Shown here: positions 19,998 to 29,875 of the stretch, in pieces
How positions within the stretch are numbered: position 1 is the stretch's first letter
Layout: every line of letters begins with the position of its first letter
From: an uncultured Verrucomicrobiae bacterium
GTDB taxonomy: Bacteria; Verrucomicrobiota; Verrucomicrobiia; Chthoniobacterales; Chthoniobacteraceae
Length of the DNA stretch: 64,000 nt
Reading direction: 5' to 3'
NCBI GenBank assembly: GCA_963836755.1
Contig: CAWIKF010000001.1
Location: 512,001-576,000 of the forward strand
Program-made: the position numbers and the translations under genes
Notes under the pieces: generated by a model
What the model was told of the DNA's origin: nothing
The model's input: only the letters and a program-made list of their open reading frames with translations
Databases searched by the model: none

Positions 19998-21386
19998 TCA
20001 GGCTGCCGGCACGTGCAGCGAAAACAGGGAGCCTGCGCCGGGCGTGCTCTCAACTTCGCACCGGCCGGCGTGCGCTTGCGCGATGGCTTTGACGAGACTC
20101 AGCCCGAGCCCGAGCCCGCGCTGCGAACGGCTTTTGTCGCCACGATACAGCCGCTCCCAAACGTGCGGCATATCCTCACGCGGAATGCCGATGCCGGAAT
20201 CGCGCACGTCGATGATGATGCTGCCGTTTGCGCGGTGGCTCTCGATTTTCACTTCACCGCCCGCGGGCGTATATTTGACGGCGTTGTCCAAAAGATTTGC
20301 GATCGCCTGGCGGAGTCTGCTTTCGTCCGCGAGTGCCGGCCAGTCATCGGTCGCTGCGACGGAAAGATGAACCTGTTTTTCCTCCGCGACATCGCGGTAA
20401 AGATCGGCGACCTGCGCGACGATGGCGCCGACGGAAACTTTTTTCAAATCGAGCCGCATCGCGCCGGTCTCGGCCTCGGAGATGTCCATCAAGGTGTTCA
20501 ACATCGTGATCACGCGTTCCGATTCCTCGATGCAATCCGCGAGCGCTTCCTGCGCCGTTTTCACATCGCGTGGATATTGCAGCGCCATCTCGGCGTGCCC
20601 GCGCAGACGCGCGAGCGGTGTCCGCAAATCGTGTGCAACGTTGTCGAGCACGTTTCGCATTCCTTTGATGAGCGCGTCGATGCGCTCGAGCATTTGATTG
20701 AAGGAAACTACGAGCTCGCGCAGCTCATCGGCAGTTTTTCGCGGCGAAATTCGAGCGTCCATTTTTCCCGTGTCGATGATCGCGCGCACCGCGTCGTTGA
20801 GCTGGCGAATCGGCGCCAGCACACGCTGCCCGATTAATGCGCCGCCGATGAGCGCGAGCAAAATCACAGGCAAGATGACAGCTGCGCAGACGCCGCGAAA
20901 GTGATTGAGAAACGCCTGGCGATGCTGCGTGTCGTGGCCGACCTGCAGGAAATTTCCGTCGCCCATCTGCATGTTCATCAGCTCCATCCCAGGCTCGCCG
21001 GGGATTTCAAAAATCGTCCACCGGTCGACTGTGGGCCTTTCGTGCTCGGACATCTCCAGAGTTTTTGCCCCAAAGTTGCTGCTGTCCGGCGCCGCCGCGA
21101 AAAGCGTGTGATTCGTGCCATCGGCGACACGGACGAAAAAGCCGTTTCCGTGTTTCTCGAGGATGACTTTGCGCAACTCGCGGATGCCGTCTTCATGATA
21201 TTCTCCGGCGAGTTCCTTGAGCTTCGCATGAATGATTGCGCGGTCGCTTTTTCGCAGCGTCGATTCGAGAGAGAAATCGACGAGGTAAAAAAGCGTCAGC
21301 GCACTGAGCACGAAAAATCCGCAATACCAGGCCGTGAGCCGCGCGCTGACGGTGCGGCGCAGGAGATCACGCAGCCCTGATAACAT
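19998..21386 (-). CDS. HAMP-domain sensor histidine kinase
   Basis: Two TM, HAMP, VAHDLRTPL, NLLDNAVKYT, GLGLGLS. Confidence 0.93.
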   Translation of the reverse strand: MLSGLRDLLRRTVSARLTAWYCGFFVLSALTLFYLVDFSLESTLRKSDRAIIHAKLKELAGEYHEDGIRELRKVILEKHGNGFFVRVADGTNHTLFAAAPDSSNFGAKTLEMSEHERPTVDRWTIFEIPGEPGMELMNMQMGDGNFLQVGHDTQHRQAFLNHFRGVCAAVILPVILLALIGGALIGQRVLAPIRQLNDAVRAIIDTGKMDARISPRKTADELRELVVSFNQMLERIDALIKGMRNVLDNVAHDLRTPLARLRGHAEMALQYPRDVKTAQEALADCIEESERVITMLNTLMDISEAETGAMRLDLKKVSVGAIVAQVADLYRDVAEEKQVHLSVAATDDWPALADESRLRQAIANLLDNAVKYTPAGGEVKIESHRANGSIIIDVRDSGIGIPREDMPHVWERLYRGDKSRSQRGLGLGLSLVKAIAQAHAGRCEVESTPGAGSLFSLHVPAA

Positions 21387-22041
21387 AGCCGACCCCGCGA
21401 ATCGTGTGGATCAAAGGCGCGTCAAAGTTGCGGTCGATCTTCGTGCGAAGCCGGCAGACGAGCACGTCCACGACATTCGTCTGCGGATCGAAATGGTAAT
21501 TCCAGACGTGCTCCATGATGAGCGTTTTGGAGACGACGCGATCGGCGTTGCGCATGAAATATTCCAGCAGCGAAAATTCCCGCGGCTGCAATTCGATTTC
21601 TTCGCCGCCCCGCTCAACCCTGTGTTTGAGCAGATCGAGCGAAAGATCGCCAACGGTCAGTTTCGACGGCTCAGCCTGATCGGTCGCGCGGCGGATGAGC
21701 GCGTTCACGCGCGCGAGCAATTCCGAAAATGCGAACGGTTTTGTGAGATAATCGTCGCATCCGATTTCCAAACCTTTCACGCGATCATCCACCGAGCGCC
21801 GCGCGGTCAGCGCGATCACGGGCGTTTGGATTTTTTCGCGCCGCACGCATTCGATTAATTTCAGCCCATCGATTTGCGGCAGCATCAGATCGACAATCGC
21901 CGCGTCGTATTTTTCGTGCAACGCAAAGTGGAGTCCGTCGCGTCCATTCGCCGCGTGATCGACGGCAAAGCCCGCCTCTTTTAATCCGCGCAGAACGAAT
22001 GACGCGATCTTCTGGTCATCTTCGACGAGGAGCAAACGCAT
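21367..22041 (-). CDS. OmpR-family response regulator
   Basis: MRLLLVEDD, DLMLP, DDYLTKPF, TNVVDV, IHTIRGVGY. Confidence 0.93.
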   Translation of the reverse strand: MRLLLVEDDQKIASFVLRGLKEAGFAVDHAANGRDGLHFALHEKYDAAIVDLMLPQIDGLKLIECVRREKIQTPVIALTARRSVDDRVKGLEIGCDDYLTKPFAFSELLARVNALIRRATDQAEPSKLTVGDLSLDLLKHRVERGGEEIELQPREFSLLEYFMRNADRVVSKTLIMEHVWNYHFDPQTNVVDVLVCRLRTKIDRNFDAPLIHTIRGVGYVIRAA

Positions 22042-22205
22042 TTGAAAAGTATCACGTGTTTGTTGTGCGGCGGCAACGTTGCGCCGATTACAAATGTGTA
22101 ATCGAGCGTTAAAACTCCGCTTAACGGTGGCCGCCGGGCTTTGCTCGATGCCCCTTTTTTGCGCAATCTCTCGTTGACAAAAATCGGCGCGGGGCGTTAG
22201 GCCTG

Positions 22206-22219
22206 TGTTCGGTTGAACA
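22206..22219. promoter_or_regulatory. LexA (SOS) box TGTTC-GGTT-GAACA
   Basis: Perfect match to the box in front of lexA; intergenic, downstream of TTGACA (22174-22179) and 11 bp before ATG 22231. Confidence 0.75.
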
Positions 22220-22230
22220 TACAATTTGAA

Positions 22231-23037
22231 ATGGAAAGGACCAGCTCAGCCGAGCGCGTGTTGGGAACGCTGGAAACGAACAGCTCCTACCGTCTGCTCT
22301 TTGAAAAAAATCCGCAGCTGATGTGGGTTTTTGATGAGGATTCGCTCCGTTTTCTCGCGGTGAACGACGCCGCGATACGGCATTACGGCTACACGCGCGA
22401 AGAATTTTTGCGCATGACTGTGAAAGACGTGCGGCCGCAATCCGAGCTGCCGGGCATGCTTGAATTTCGCTCGCAGCTCACGCTCGCGTTCATGGAATTC
22501 GGCGCGCCGACGCAATGGACGCACCGGAAAAAGGACGGCACGCTCATCGAGGTCGAATGCAAAGGCGCGAGCATTCTTTTCAATGGCGCGAACACGCGGC
22601 TGATCATCATCGAAGACATCACCGAGCGGATCAAGAATGCCGCGCGGCTGCGGGAGATGGCGGAAAATTTTCAAATTTTTTTCGACGGCGCATCCGAAGG
22701 AATTGCGATTCACGACGCCGGGACGATTCTCGCTGCGAATGCGGCGCTCGCGACGCTGCTGGGATGCGCTGAGCACGGTTGCGTCGGCGAATCGCTACTT
22801 GATTACGCGGCGCCGGAGTCGCGCTACCAACTCCTCTCGTGCTTTCGCACCGCGAGCGTCGCGCCCGTGGAATTTTCGCTGCTGCGCAATGATGGATCGC
22901 GCGTTCGCGTGCTGGGCACGAGCCGCAGCGTCCGCTTTCACGGAAGGATGGCGCATGTTTTACTTCTGCACGACATTAGCGCGCGCGCCTTCGAGGATTT
23001 TTCCGACTGCCTGCGAGGGCTCGATCGGGTCGAGTAA
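22231..23037 (+). CDS. Tandem PAS-domain protein without output domain
   Basis: YRLLFEKNPQLMWVFD...AVNDAAIRHYGYTREEFL...HRKKDG...DITER, then a second PAS ending HDISAR and a stop. Confidence 0.8.
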   Translation: MERTSSAERVLGTLETNSSYRLLFEKNPQLMWVFDEDSLRFLAVNDAAIRHYGYTREEFLRMTVKDVRPQSELPGMLEFRSQLTLAFMEFGAPTQWTHRKKDGTLIEVECKGASILFNGANTRLIIIEDITERIKNAARLREMAENFQIFFDGASEGIAIHDAGTILAANAALATLLGCAEHGCVGESLLDYAAPESRYQLLSCFRTASVAPVEFSLLRNDGSRVRVLGTSRSVRFHGRMAHVLLLHDISARAFEDFSDCLRGLDRVE

Positions 23038-23142
23038 ACTTTGACGCCACAGGCATAAGGCTGCGCGAGGAATGGTCGCGGCGTTTGAGAAGGCTTCCTT
23101 GCCCTGCCAAACCCCGCGTGATACCGTGCGTCCCTTTTTCTT

Positions 23143-24333
23143 ATGGCCACCAGCATTATCGACCCCAGCCGGCTCGACAAAATCGAGTTCAGCAATGACG
23201 AGATCGCCCGCTACTCGCGCCATCTCATCATGCCGGAGGTCACCCTCGAGGGCCAGAAACGGCTCAAGGCCGCGAGCGTTTTATGCATCGGCACCGGCGG
23301 TCTCGGCTCGCCGATCGCGCTTTATCTAGCGGCCGCCGGCATCGGGCGGCTCGGGCTCGTCGATGGCGACATCGTCGATTTTTCCAATCTCCAGCGCCAG
23401 ATTTTGCACGGGACAAAAGATGTCGGCCGCAAAAAACTCAACTCAGCGCGCGACCGCATCCGCGAGGTGAATCCGAACGTCCAGATCGATCTCCACGACA
23501 CGATGTTCACGAGCGAAAACGCGCGCGAAATTGCCGCGGACTATGACCTCGTCATCGACGGCACGGACAATTTTCCTACGCGCTATTTGTCGAACGACAT
23601 CTGCGTCTTTCTAAAAAAGCCAAACATCTACGGCTCCATCTTTCGCTTCGAAGGCCAGTGCACCGTCTTCGCGCCGCATCTCGGCGGCCCGTGCTATCGC
23701 TGTTTGATTCCGGAGCCGCCGCCGCCGGGCCTCGTCCCGAGCTGCGCGGAAGGCGGTGTGCTCGGCGTGCTGCCCGGAATCATCGGCGTGATGCAGGCGA
23801 TCGAGGCGGTGAAACTCATCATCGGCATTGGCGAACCGCTGCTCGGCCGGATGATCGCGTTCGACGCGTTGAAGATGGAGTTTCGCCAGTTCAAATTGCG
23901 TCGCGATCCGAAGTGCCCGGTCTGCGGAGAAAATCCGACCATCACCGAGCTGATCGACTACGATCAATTCTGCGGCATCCCGCAGGCAGCGGCCGCGGAA
24001 GCAGCAGAGGAGCCGATTCCCACGATTTCCGTGCACGATTTAAAACGCAAACTTGAGGCGAAGGAACCGTTCGTGCTCGTCGATGTTCGCGAAGGTTTTG
24101 AATACGAGATCGCGCGGATTCCTGGGTCAAAATTGATCCCGCTCGGCGAGCTTCCTTCGCGCATGAGCGAGCTCGACAGCGCGGACGAGATTGTTTTGCA
24201 CTGTAAAACAGGCGGTCGCAGTGGGAAAGCCCTCAAACTTTTACGCGAAGCCGGTTTTGCGAAGCTCTGGAACGTCGAGGGCGGCATCACCGCGTGGGCT
24301 GATGAGATTGATCCGGCTGTCCCGAAATATTGA
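23143..24333 (+). CDS. moeB: Molybdopterin-synthase adenylyltransferase with rhodanese domain (MoeB/MoeZ)
   Basis: RYSRH, GTGGLG, SNLQRQ, CYRC, CPVC, C-terminal rhodanese HCKTGGRS. Confidence 0.93.
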   Translation: MATSIIDPSRLDKIEFSNDEIARYSRHLIMPEVTLEGQKRLKAASVLCIGTGGLGSPIALYLAAAGIGRLGLVDGDIVDFSNLQRQILHGTKDVGRKKLNSARDRIREVNPNVQIDLHDTMFTSENAREIAADYDLVIDGTDNFPTRYLSNDICVFLKKPNIYGSIFRFEGQCTVFAPHLGGPCYRCLIPEPPPPGLVPSCAEGGVLGVLPGIIGVMQAIEAVKLIIGIGEPLLGRMIAFDALKMEFRQFKLRRDPKCPVCGENPTITELIDYDQFCGIPQAAAAEAAEEPIPTISVHDLKRKLEAKEPFVLVDVREGFEYEIARIPGSKLIPLGELPSRMSELDSADEIVLHCKTGGRSGKALKLLREAGFAKLWNVEGGITAWADEIDPAVPKY

Positions 24334-25386
24334 TCAGAGCGGCTTTTCCAAGCCCGCTGTCGCCCGCATCAGTTCGTCGCGAAAGTCCATTTCATCATGG
24401 TCCCCGAGGTATTGCATGAGGAATGGATTCACTGCACCGCGCCGGAGCACGCCGGTGAAGACCATTGGATACGGCCCGCGATAAATCACGTCGTTCACCC
24501 GCAGTTTCTCCTCGAGGATGCGCCGCATTTTCTTGTGCGAGATTTCCGTGAGCCACGGATAATCGCGGTTAAACTTTTTCTTCAAGCGACGGCGGCGTTC
24601 CTTCCGCCAAAGTTTCAGCCGCTCCCAATCGACGCCAATTTTTCGCGCCGATGCGCGCGCTTCTTCGCCGGTGATCCAGCGCGCGAGTGAATGCGCCGCG
24701 CGCGCGCCGCTCATGCTCGCTCGTCGCAGCGCCCGCGCGGCAAAGGAGAGGGGACGCATTTCCATTTCGCTGCCGCAAATCCGTAATGCGCTCGTTTTCC
24801 ACTCGTCTGGAAAAGCGGCGTGGGGATCGCCGGAGAGCCGTTCAAAATCCCACGGACTTTTTCCCGGCGGCGACATCGCGAGAAAATGCAGCGTCATTTT
24901 TTCCAGCACGTCGAGCTGCCAGAGCGCCGGATGCAGCGCGAACTTTGACGTGAACGAACGGTCGAGGCGCATCGGATGAAAGCCGCCATGCCGCTCGACT
25001 TTCCCCACCACGCGCCGCGGATGATCCCAGCCTTGCAAGCTCATGCAGACGGCCCCGCATTGCTCGAGCAACGCGGGGATCGTTTCGTTGAGATGCCGCG
25101 CGTGGCACGTGCCAAGCGGCGGATGATCGTCGAGAATCAAATAAACCAGCCGCACACCTTTCGCACGCAGATCGGCGCACGCATCGGCGAGGATTGCCAT
25201 CCAGTTCGCTGGGGAACTTTTCAGCGGTAAGAATTGTGTCTCGGTGCTCGCCACTCCCGCGAAGAAAATTGGCGGATGCTGCGGCCAGCATTCTGCGATG
25301 CGGCGCGCGGTGACACGCGCGAGTGGCAGACATCGAGCAAACGTCGGGATCAGAATCGCTAAAGGCGAGCGCGTTTGCATACGCAT
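24334..25386 (-). CDS. Hypothetical protein, possibly GT-A-fold glycosyltransferase-like
   Basis: VYLILDDHP, LHPALW and SPWDFE motifs; co-oriented downstream of rffA. Confidence 0.5.
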   Translation of the reverse strand: MRMQTRSPLAILIPTFARCLPLARVTARRIAECWPQHPPIFFAGVASTETQFLPLKSSPANWMAILADACADLRAKGVRLVYLILDDHPPLGTCHARHLNETIPALLEQCGAVCMSLQGWDHPRRVVGKVERHGGFHPMRLDRSFTSKFALHPALWQLDVLEKMTLHFLAMSPPGKSPWDFERLSGDPHAAFPDEWKTSALRICGSEMEMRPLSFAARALRRASMSGARAAHSLARWITGEEARASARKIGVDWERLKLWRKERRRRLKKKFNRDYPWLTEISHKKMRRILEEKLRVNDVIYRGPYPMVFTGVLRRGAVNPFLMQYLGDHDEMDFRDELMRATAGLEKPL

Positions 25387-25429
25387 GATCGTGGCGCGGA
25401 ATTGCGACGCACACGAATTTGATACAGTT

Positions 25430-26578
25430 TCAGCCTACTTTGAATTGCGTGGTCAAGGCTACGATTTCGTCCTGCTCGGATTGGCCCAGGTCGGTGTAAA
25501 ACGGTAGCCGCAGCAGGCGATCACTAATCTCTTCCGTCACTGGACATTGCCCAGGTGCTCCCCCAAACCGTCTCCCCATCTGTGATAAATGCAGCGGGAG
25601 GTAGTGAAAGGCGCTCACAATACCGTTGGTTTTTAGTTTCCTGATCAATCGCTGCCGTGCGTCCAGCGAAGGGAGGAGGATATAAAACATGTGATACGGC
25701 TGTTCACATTCGACCGGAATGTTCGGCAAGCCAACTCCATTCTCGACTGCCCAATCGGACAGGTGCTCGAAGTAAAAATCCCAGATCCGCCGACGATTGC
25801 CAAGGATGCGTTCGCGCGCCTCGAGTTGCGCGTATAAATACGCGGCCAGAAGATCGGATGGGAGATAGCTCGACCCGATATCCACCCAATTGTATTTGTC
25901 CACCTCGCCACGGAAGAACCGGGTTCGATCGGTGCCTTTTTCGCGGATGATCTCCGCCCGCTCGATGAGCGCCGGGTCATTGATGAATAATGCGCCGCCT
26001 TCACCGCACGAGAAGTTTTTGGTCTCGTGGAACGAAACGGCCGCCATGCGGCCGAAAGATCCGAGGGGTTGACCGCGGTATTTTCCGAAAAGGCCATGTG
26101 CATTATCCTCGACGACTGCGATGCCTCGGCGGGTGGAGATGTCCATGATCCGGTCCATCGCGCAGCCAACTCCGCCATAGTGCACCGGAACGATTGCCTT
26201 GGTATGCGCTGTGATCAGTTCCTCGACATGCACTTCATCGATGTTCAGCGTGTCGCGGCGGATATCCGCAAAGATGGGTCGCGCGCCGCGCAGGGCAAAA
26301 GCGTTCGCCGTTGAGACAAACGTGAACGATGGCACGATGACTTCGTCGCCTTCCTGAAGATTCAGGAGAAGTGCCGACATCTCAAAGGCGTGAGTGCAGG
26401 ACGTAGTCAGAAACGCCTTGCTTACTCCGAGCAGCTCCTCGAGCAGGCGATGACACTTTTCCGTGTAGCGCCCGTCGCCCGAGGTTTGCCCTTGGGAGAA
26501 TACATCGGCGATATATTCCAGTTCGGGACCAGCGAGTGAAGGTTTGTTAAAAGGGACACGAATCGCCGACATATCCAT
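25430..26578 (-). CDS. rffA: dTDP-4-amino-4,6-dideoxygalactose transaminase
   Basis: TTSCTHA, PSFTFVSTANAF, VEDNAHG, SFHETKN...GEGG, EKGTDR, GSSYLPSD. Confidence 0.92.
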   Translation of the reverse strand: MDMSAIRVPFNKPSLAGPELEYIADVFSQGQTSGDGRYTEKCHRLLEELLGVSKAFLTTSCTHAFEMSALLLNLQEGDEVIVPSFTFVSTANAFALRGARPIFADIRRDTLNIDEVHVEELITAHTKAIVPVHYGGVGCAMDRIMDISTRRGIAVVEDNAHGLFGKYRGQPLGSFGRMAAVSFHETKNFSCGEGGALFINDPALIERAEIIREKGTDRTRFFRGEVDKYNWVDIGSSYLPSDLLAAYLYAQLEARERILGNRRRIWDFYFEHLSDWAVENGVGLPNIPVECEQPYHMFYILLPSLDARQRLIRKLKTNGIVSAFHYLPLHLSQMGRRFGGAPGQCPVTEEISDRLLRLPFYTDLGQSEQDEIVALTTQFKVG

Positions 26579-27179
26579 TAGCCACCCAAGGTATCGGAAA
26601 GACTATTGAGCACTTCACTGGCGCGTCTCTGTGTCCCCTTATCTTCGAATTTGACTTCCTCCATTAGAAACTTCCTCCAGTTAAAAGCTGCCATCGCGTG
26701 ACCCGGCGTGCGCAGCATTTATACGTAACATAGCGTTCTTGCAACAATGAACGCGCTCTTGCGGATCGTTCCCCAAGATCATGCGCAATTATGGCGGCGC
26801 GGCGTCGACCGCGGGGACTTTCACGCGATCCAAGTCCTGCTTCACCGCGCGAAGTCAGGCATCCTTCAGGCGCCAGTTTTCCCAGACGAATGGAGATTGA
26901 AACCGCCTCCGTCCGGCTTGAATTCCTTCGTGTTGAAAACCGATGAGCCGTCGGCGGCAACTTTGATTTTCATCCGCTCCGTTTTGCCGGCGAGCCCATT
27001 CATGTCAGTGACGAGTTGGGGAGCGCCGTGTGGTGTGAAAGTCATGCGCGGGATGCCGTCACCTTTAGCAGCCACGCGCTGCGCAGCCAATCGCATCTTT
27101 GTTGCAACTGTGAAACTTTGTGGTTTCCCCGCGGCCTCATCTCGCGGAGAGTCTCACGTTTTTTAACAAAAGCGCGCAC

Positions 27180-28844
27180 ATGCAAACCATCGTCATCGGC
27201 CACAAAAATCCCGACATGGATTCCATCTGCTCGGCCGTCGGCTATGCGCGGCTGAAGACTTTGAATGGCGTCCCCGATGTCATCGCCGGGCGCGCGGGGA
27301 ATACGAATGAGCGCATCGATTTCGTGCTCGGGAAGTTCGGCGTGGAAGCACCCGTCTTTTTCAGCGATGTCTCGCCGCGCGTCGGCGATGTGATGCAGCG
27401 CGAGGTGATTTCCGTGCCCGCCGATTGCACGGTTTACGATGCCGTGCAGATCATCGAGCGCAACCGCCTGCGCGGCCTGCCGGTGCTCGATGCCGATGGC
27501 TGCTGCCTCGGCCTGCTCTCGACTTACAAGGTCAACCATTACCTTTTCCCGCCGCGCGACGAGGCGCTTTCCGCGCGCAATGTCTGCGCGTCGCTCGCCG
27601 GCATCGCCGCAAGCTTTGCCGGGAAAATTCTTCGCGGCAATCGCAGCGCCGAGATTGAAAATTTCACGCTCGTCATCGGCGCGATGCAGACCGAATCCTT
27701 CACGCGCCGCCTCGCGAGCACGCAGGAGAAAAACATCATCCTCCTCGTCGGCGATCGCGATGAAGTCCAGCTCCGCGCAATCGCCGGCGGCGTCCGCGCC
27801 ATCGTCATCACCGGCGGACTCGCCGCGAGCGACCGCGTCCAGGAGGCGGCGGAAAAAGCGGACGTCACGCTGATCAGCTCGCCGCACGATACTGCGACTT
27901 CGGTGCTCCTCGCGCGCGGTGCGACAAAAGTTGACCGCATGCTCAGCTCGGAGTTGAAAACGTTCCATGCCGACACTCCGCTCGCCTCCGCACGCGACCT
28001 CGCGGCGATTTCGCACGCGTTCGTCTTCCCGATTCTCGACGACCACAAAAAGCTCGTCGGCATCTTATCGAAAAGCGATTTCATCAAGCCTATCCCGCGC
28101 CAGCTCATCCTCGTGGATCACAACGAGCTCTCGCAGGCAGTCCCCGGCGCCGCCGACATGCCGATCGTCGAGGTGCTCGATCATCATCGGCTCGGTGGAT
28201 TTTCCACGCACGCGCCGATCCATTTCTGGAATTATCCCGTCGGCTCGACCAGCACCATCGTCGCACTTTGTTATGAGCAGATGCGCACGAACATGCCGCC
28301 GGACATCGCTGGCCTGCTGATGGCGGGCGTGATTTCCGACACGCTCAATCTCACTTCGCCGACGACCACGCCGACCGATTGCCGCATCCTCCAGCAGCTC
28401 GCGGAGATAGCCGGCGTCGAGCCCGCCACTCTCGCGAGTGAAATTTTCTCCGTCGGCTCGCCGCTCTCCACGATGTCCGCCGAGCAAGTCGTGACGGCCG
28501 ATTGCAAGGAATACGACGAGGCCGGCATCCGCTTCAGCGTGTCGCAAGTCGAGGAAATGAACCTGACGCGATTCTACGAGCGCGAGACCGAGATCGCCGC
28601 CGCGCTCGCCCGTTTCCGTGCGCGGCAGGGACTTTATTTCGCCGCGCTTTTCGTGACCGACGTCACTTCGCAGAACTCGCTGCTGCTCCTTTCCGCGCCG
28701 CCCGAGTTTGTTTCAAAAATCGATTTTCCCGCGAAACACGAGAGCCTTTGGGAACTGCCGGGCGTCGTCTCGCGCAAGAAGCAACTCCTGCCGCATCTGC
28801 TCACGTTGCTGGGAGCTTCTGCTTCTGCTCCAGCACAGGCTTGA
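27180..28844 (+). CDS. Family II Mn-dependent inorganic pyrophosphatase with CBS-DRTGG-CBS insert
   Basis: GHKNPDMDS, CBS, VGDR...ITGG, LVDHNE, DHH, SDT, VSRKKQ. Confidence 0.92.
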   Translation: MQTIVIGHKNPDMDSICSAVGYARLKTLNGVPDVIAGRAGNTNERIDFVLGKFGVEAPVFFSDVSPRVGDVMQREVISVPADCTVYDAVQIIERNRLRGLPVLDADGCCLGLLSTYKVNHYLFPPRDEALSARNVCASLAGIAASFAGKILRGNRSAEIENFTLVIGAMQTESFTRRLASTQEKNIILLVGDRDEVQLRAIAGGVRAIVITGGLAASDRVQEAAEKADVTLISSPHDTATSVLLARGATKVDRMLSSELKTFHADTPLASARDLAAISHAFVFPILDDHKKLVGILSKSDFIKPIPRQLILVDHNELSQAVPGAADMPIVEVLDHHRLGGFSTHAPIHFWNYPVGSTSTIVALCYEQMRTNMPPDIAGLLMAGVISDTLNLTSPTTTPTDCRILQQLAEIAGVEPATLASEIFSVGSPLSTMSAEQVVTADCKEYDEAGIRFSVSQVEEMNLTRFYERETEIAAALARFRARQGLYFAALFVTDVTSQNSLLLLSAPPEFVSKIDFPAKHESLWELPGVVSRKKQLLPHLLTLLGASASAPAQA

Positions 28845-29709
28845 AGAGGTCGCCCTTCTTCGCAACCCGCTTCAGCACAGCCTCCGCGTCAAAGACGAGC
28901 AAGTCCGCGTCCTTCTTTTTGAGGCAATTTTCCACCTCGTCCCACGTCACCGGCGTCGAGACAGTCGGCTGCTGTTTCGCGCGCAGCGAGTAAACGCTGA
29001 TCGTCGTCTTGTGCTCGTCATTTTGACTCCAATCGACAAGCACTTTGTTCTTGCGCAAACTTTTTAACATCTTGGAAACAACCGCATCCGGATGTTGCCG
29101 CTCCAGCCTTTCCGCCAGTGCGTGCGAATATGCCTTTGTCGCGTCAAAGTTCACCTTCGTATTCAGCGGCGCGTAGACCTGCAATCCCTTCGAGCCCGAC
29201 GTCTTCGCGTAGCTCTCCAGCCCATCGCCCGCCATGATCTCGCGCAGCCAAATCCCGACCTGACAGCATTGCACCATGTCCGCCGGCGCGCCCGGATCGA
29301 GATCGAAGACGAGCACCGTCGGCTGCTCCGGCTTGCGCGAGGCAGCCAGCGCCACGTGCAGCTCCAGGTCGGCGAGATTCGCCGCCCAGACCAGCGTCGG
29401 CAAATCCTTCGCGAGACAGTAATGCATCGTCCGCTGGTTCCCCTCGCTCCAGATCGGCGCGGTCTTCACCCACGGCGGCCGATGCTCCGGGCAGTTCTTT
29501 TCGTAAAAGAAAAAGCCGTCCACGCCATTCGGGTAGCGCTTCAGCGTCAGCGCGCGGTTTTTGATGTGCGGCAGCAGCACCGGCGCGATGCGGATGTAAT
29601 AATTGATCACATCTCCCTTCGTGAAACCGGCGGCGGGATAAAGAACCTTGTCGAGATTGGTCACGGGGATGTTGCGCCCCTCGACCTCGAGCTCAGCAGA
29701 TTTGCCCAT
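28801..29709 (-). CDS. Stand-alone LigD-type primase/polymerase domain (NHEJ)
   Basis: TNLDKVLYP, KRYPNG, FDLDP, KTSGSKGLQ, DWSQN, YSLRA, STPVTWDE; no ligase domain. Confidence 0.9.
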   Translation of the reverse strand: MGKSAELEVEGRNIPVTNLDKVLYPAAGFTKGDVINYYIRIAPVLLPHIKNRALTLKRYPNGVDGFFFYEKNCPEHRPPWVKTAPIWSEGNQRTMHYCLAKDLPTLVWAANLADLELHVALAASRKPEQPTVLVFDLDPGAPADMVQCCQVGIWLREIMAGDGLESYAKTSGSKGLQVYAPLNTKVNFDATKAYSHALAERLERQHPDAVVSKMLKSLRKNKVLVDWSQNDEHKTTISVYSLRAKQQPTVSTPVTWDEVENCLKKKDADLLVFDAEAVLKRVAKKGDLFKPVLEQKQKLPAT

Positions 29710-29875
29710 ACCCAAGAGAATCGCGCGCAAGCGTCTCACCCGCCGTAAGTCTCATCTGGTAGGCAAGCTATGCAGGTCCTGAGAAATGCGGTGGCGTCTG
29801 CCAATGGTTTGCCCGCCGATTCCCATTGCAGGAAATACCCTGCAAATCTGCGCATTTGTCGCATAATTTTACTCC

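Noticed and set aside
26664..27166. Short ORFs between rffA and the pyrophosphatase
   Set aside because: Several competing frames with no recognisable motif; no call can be supported.
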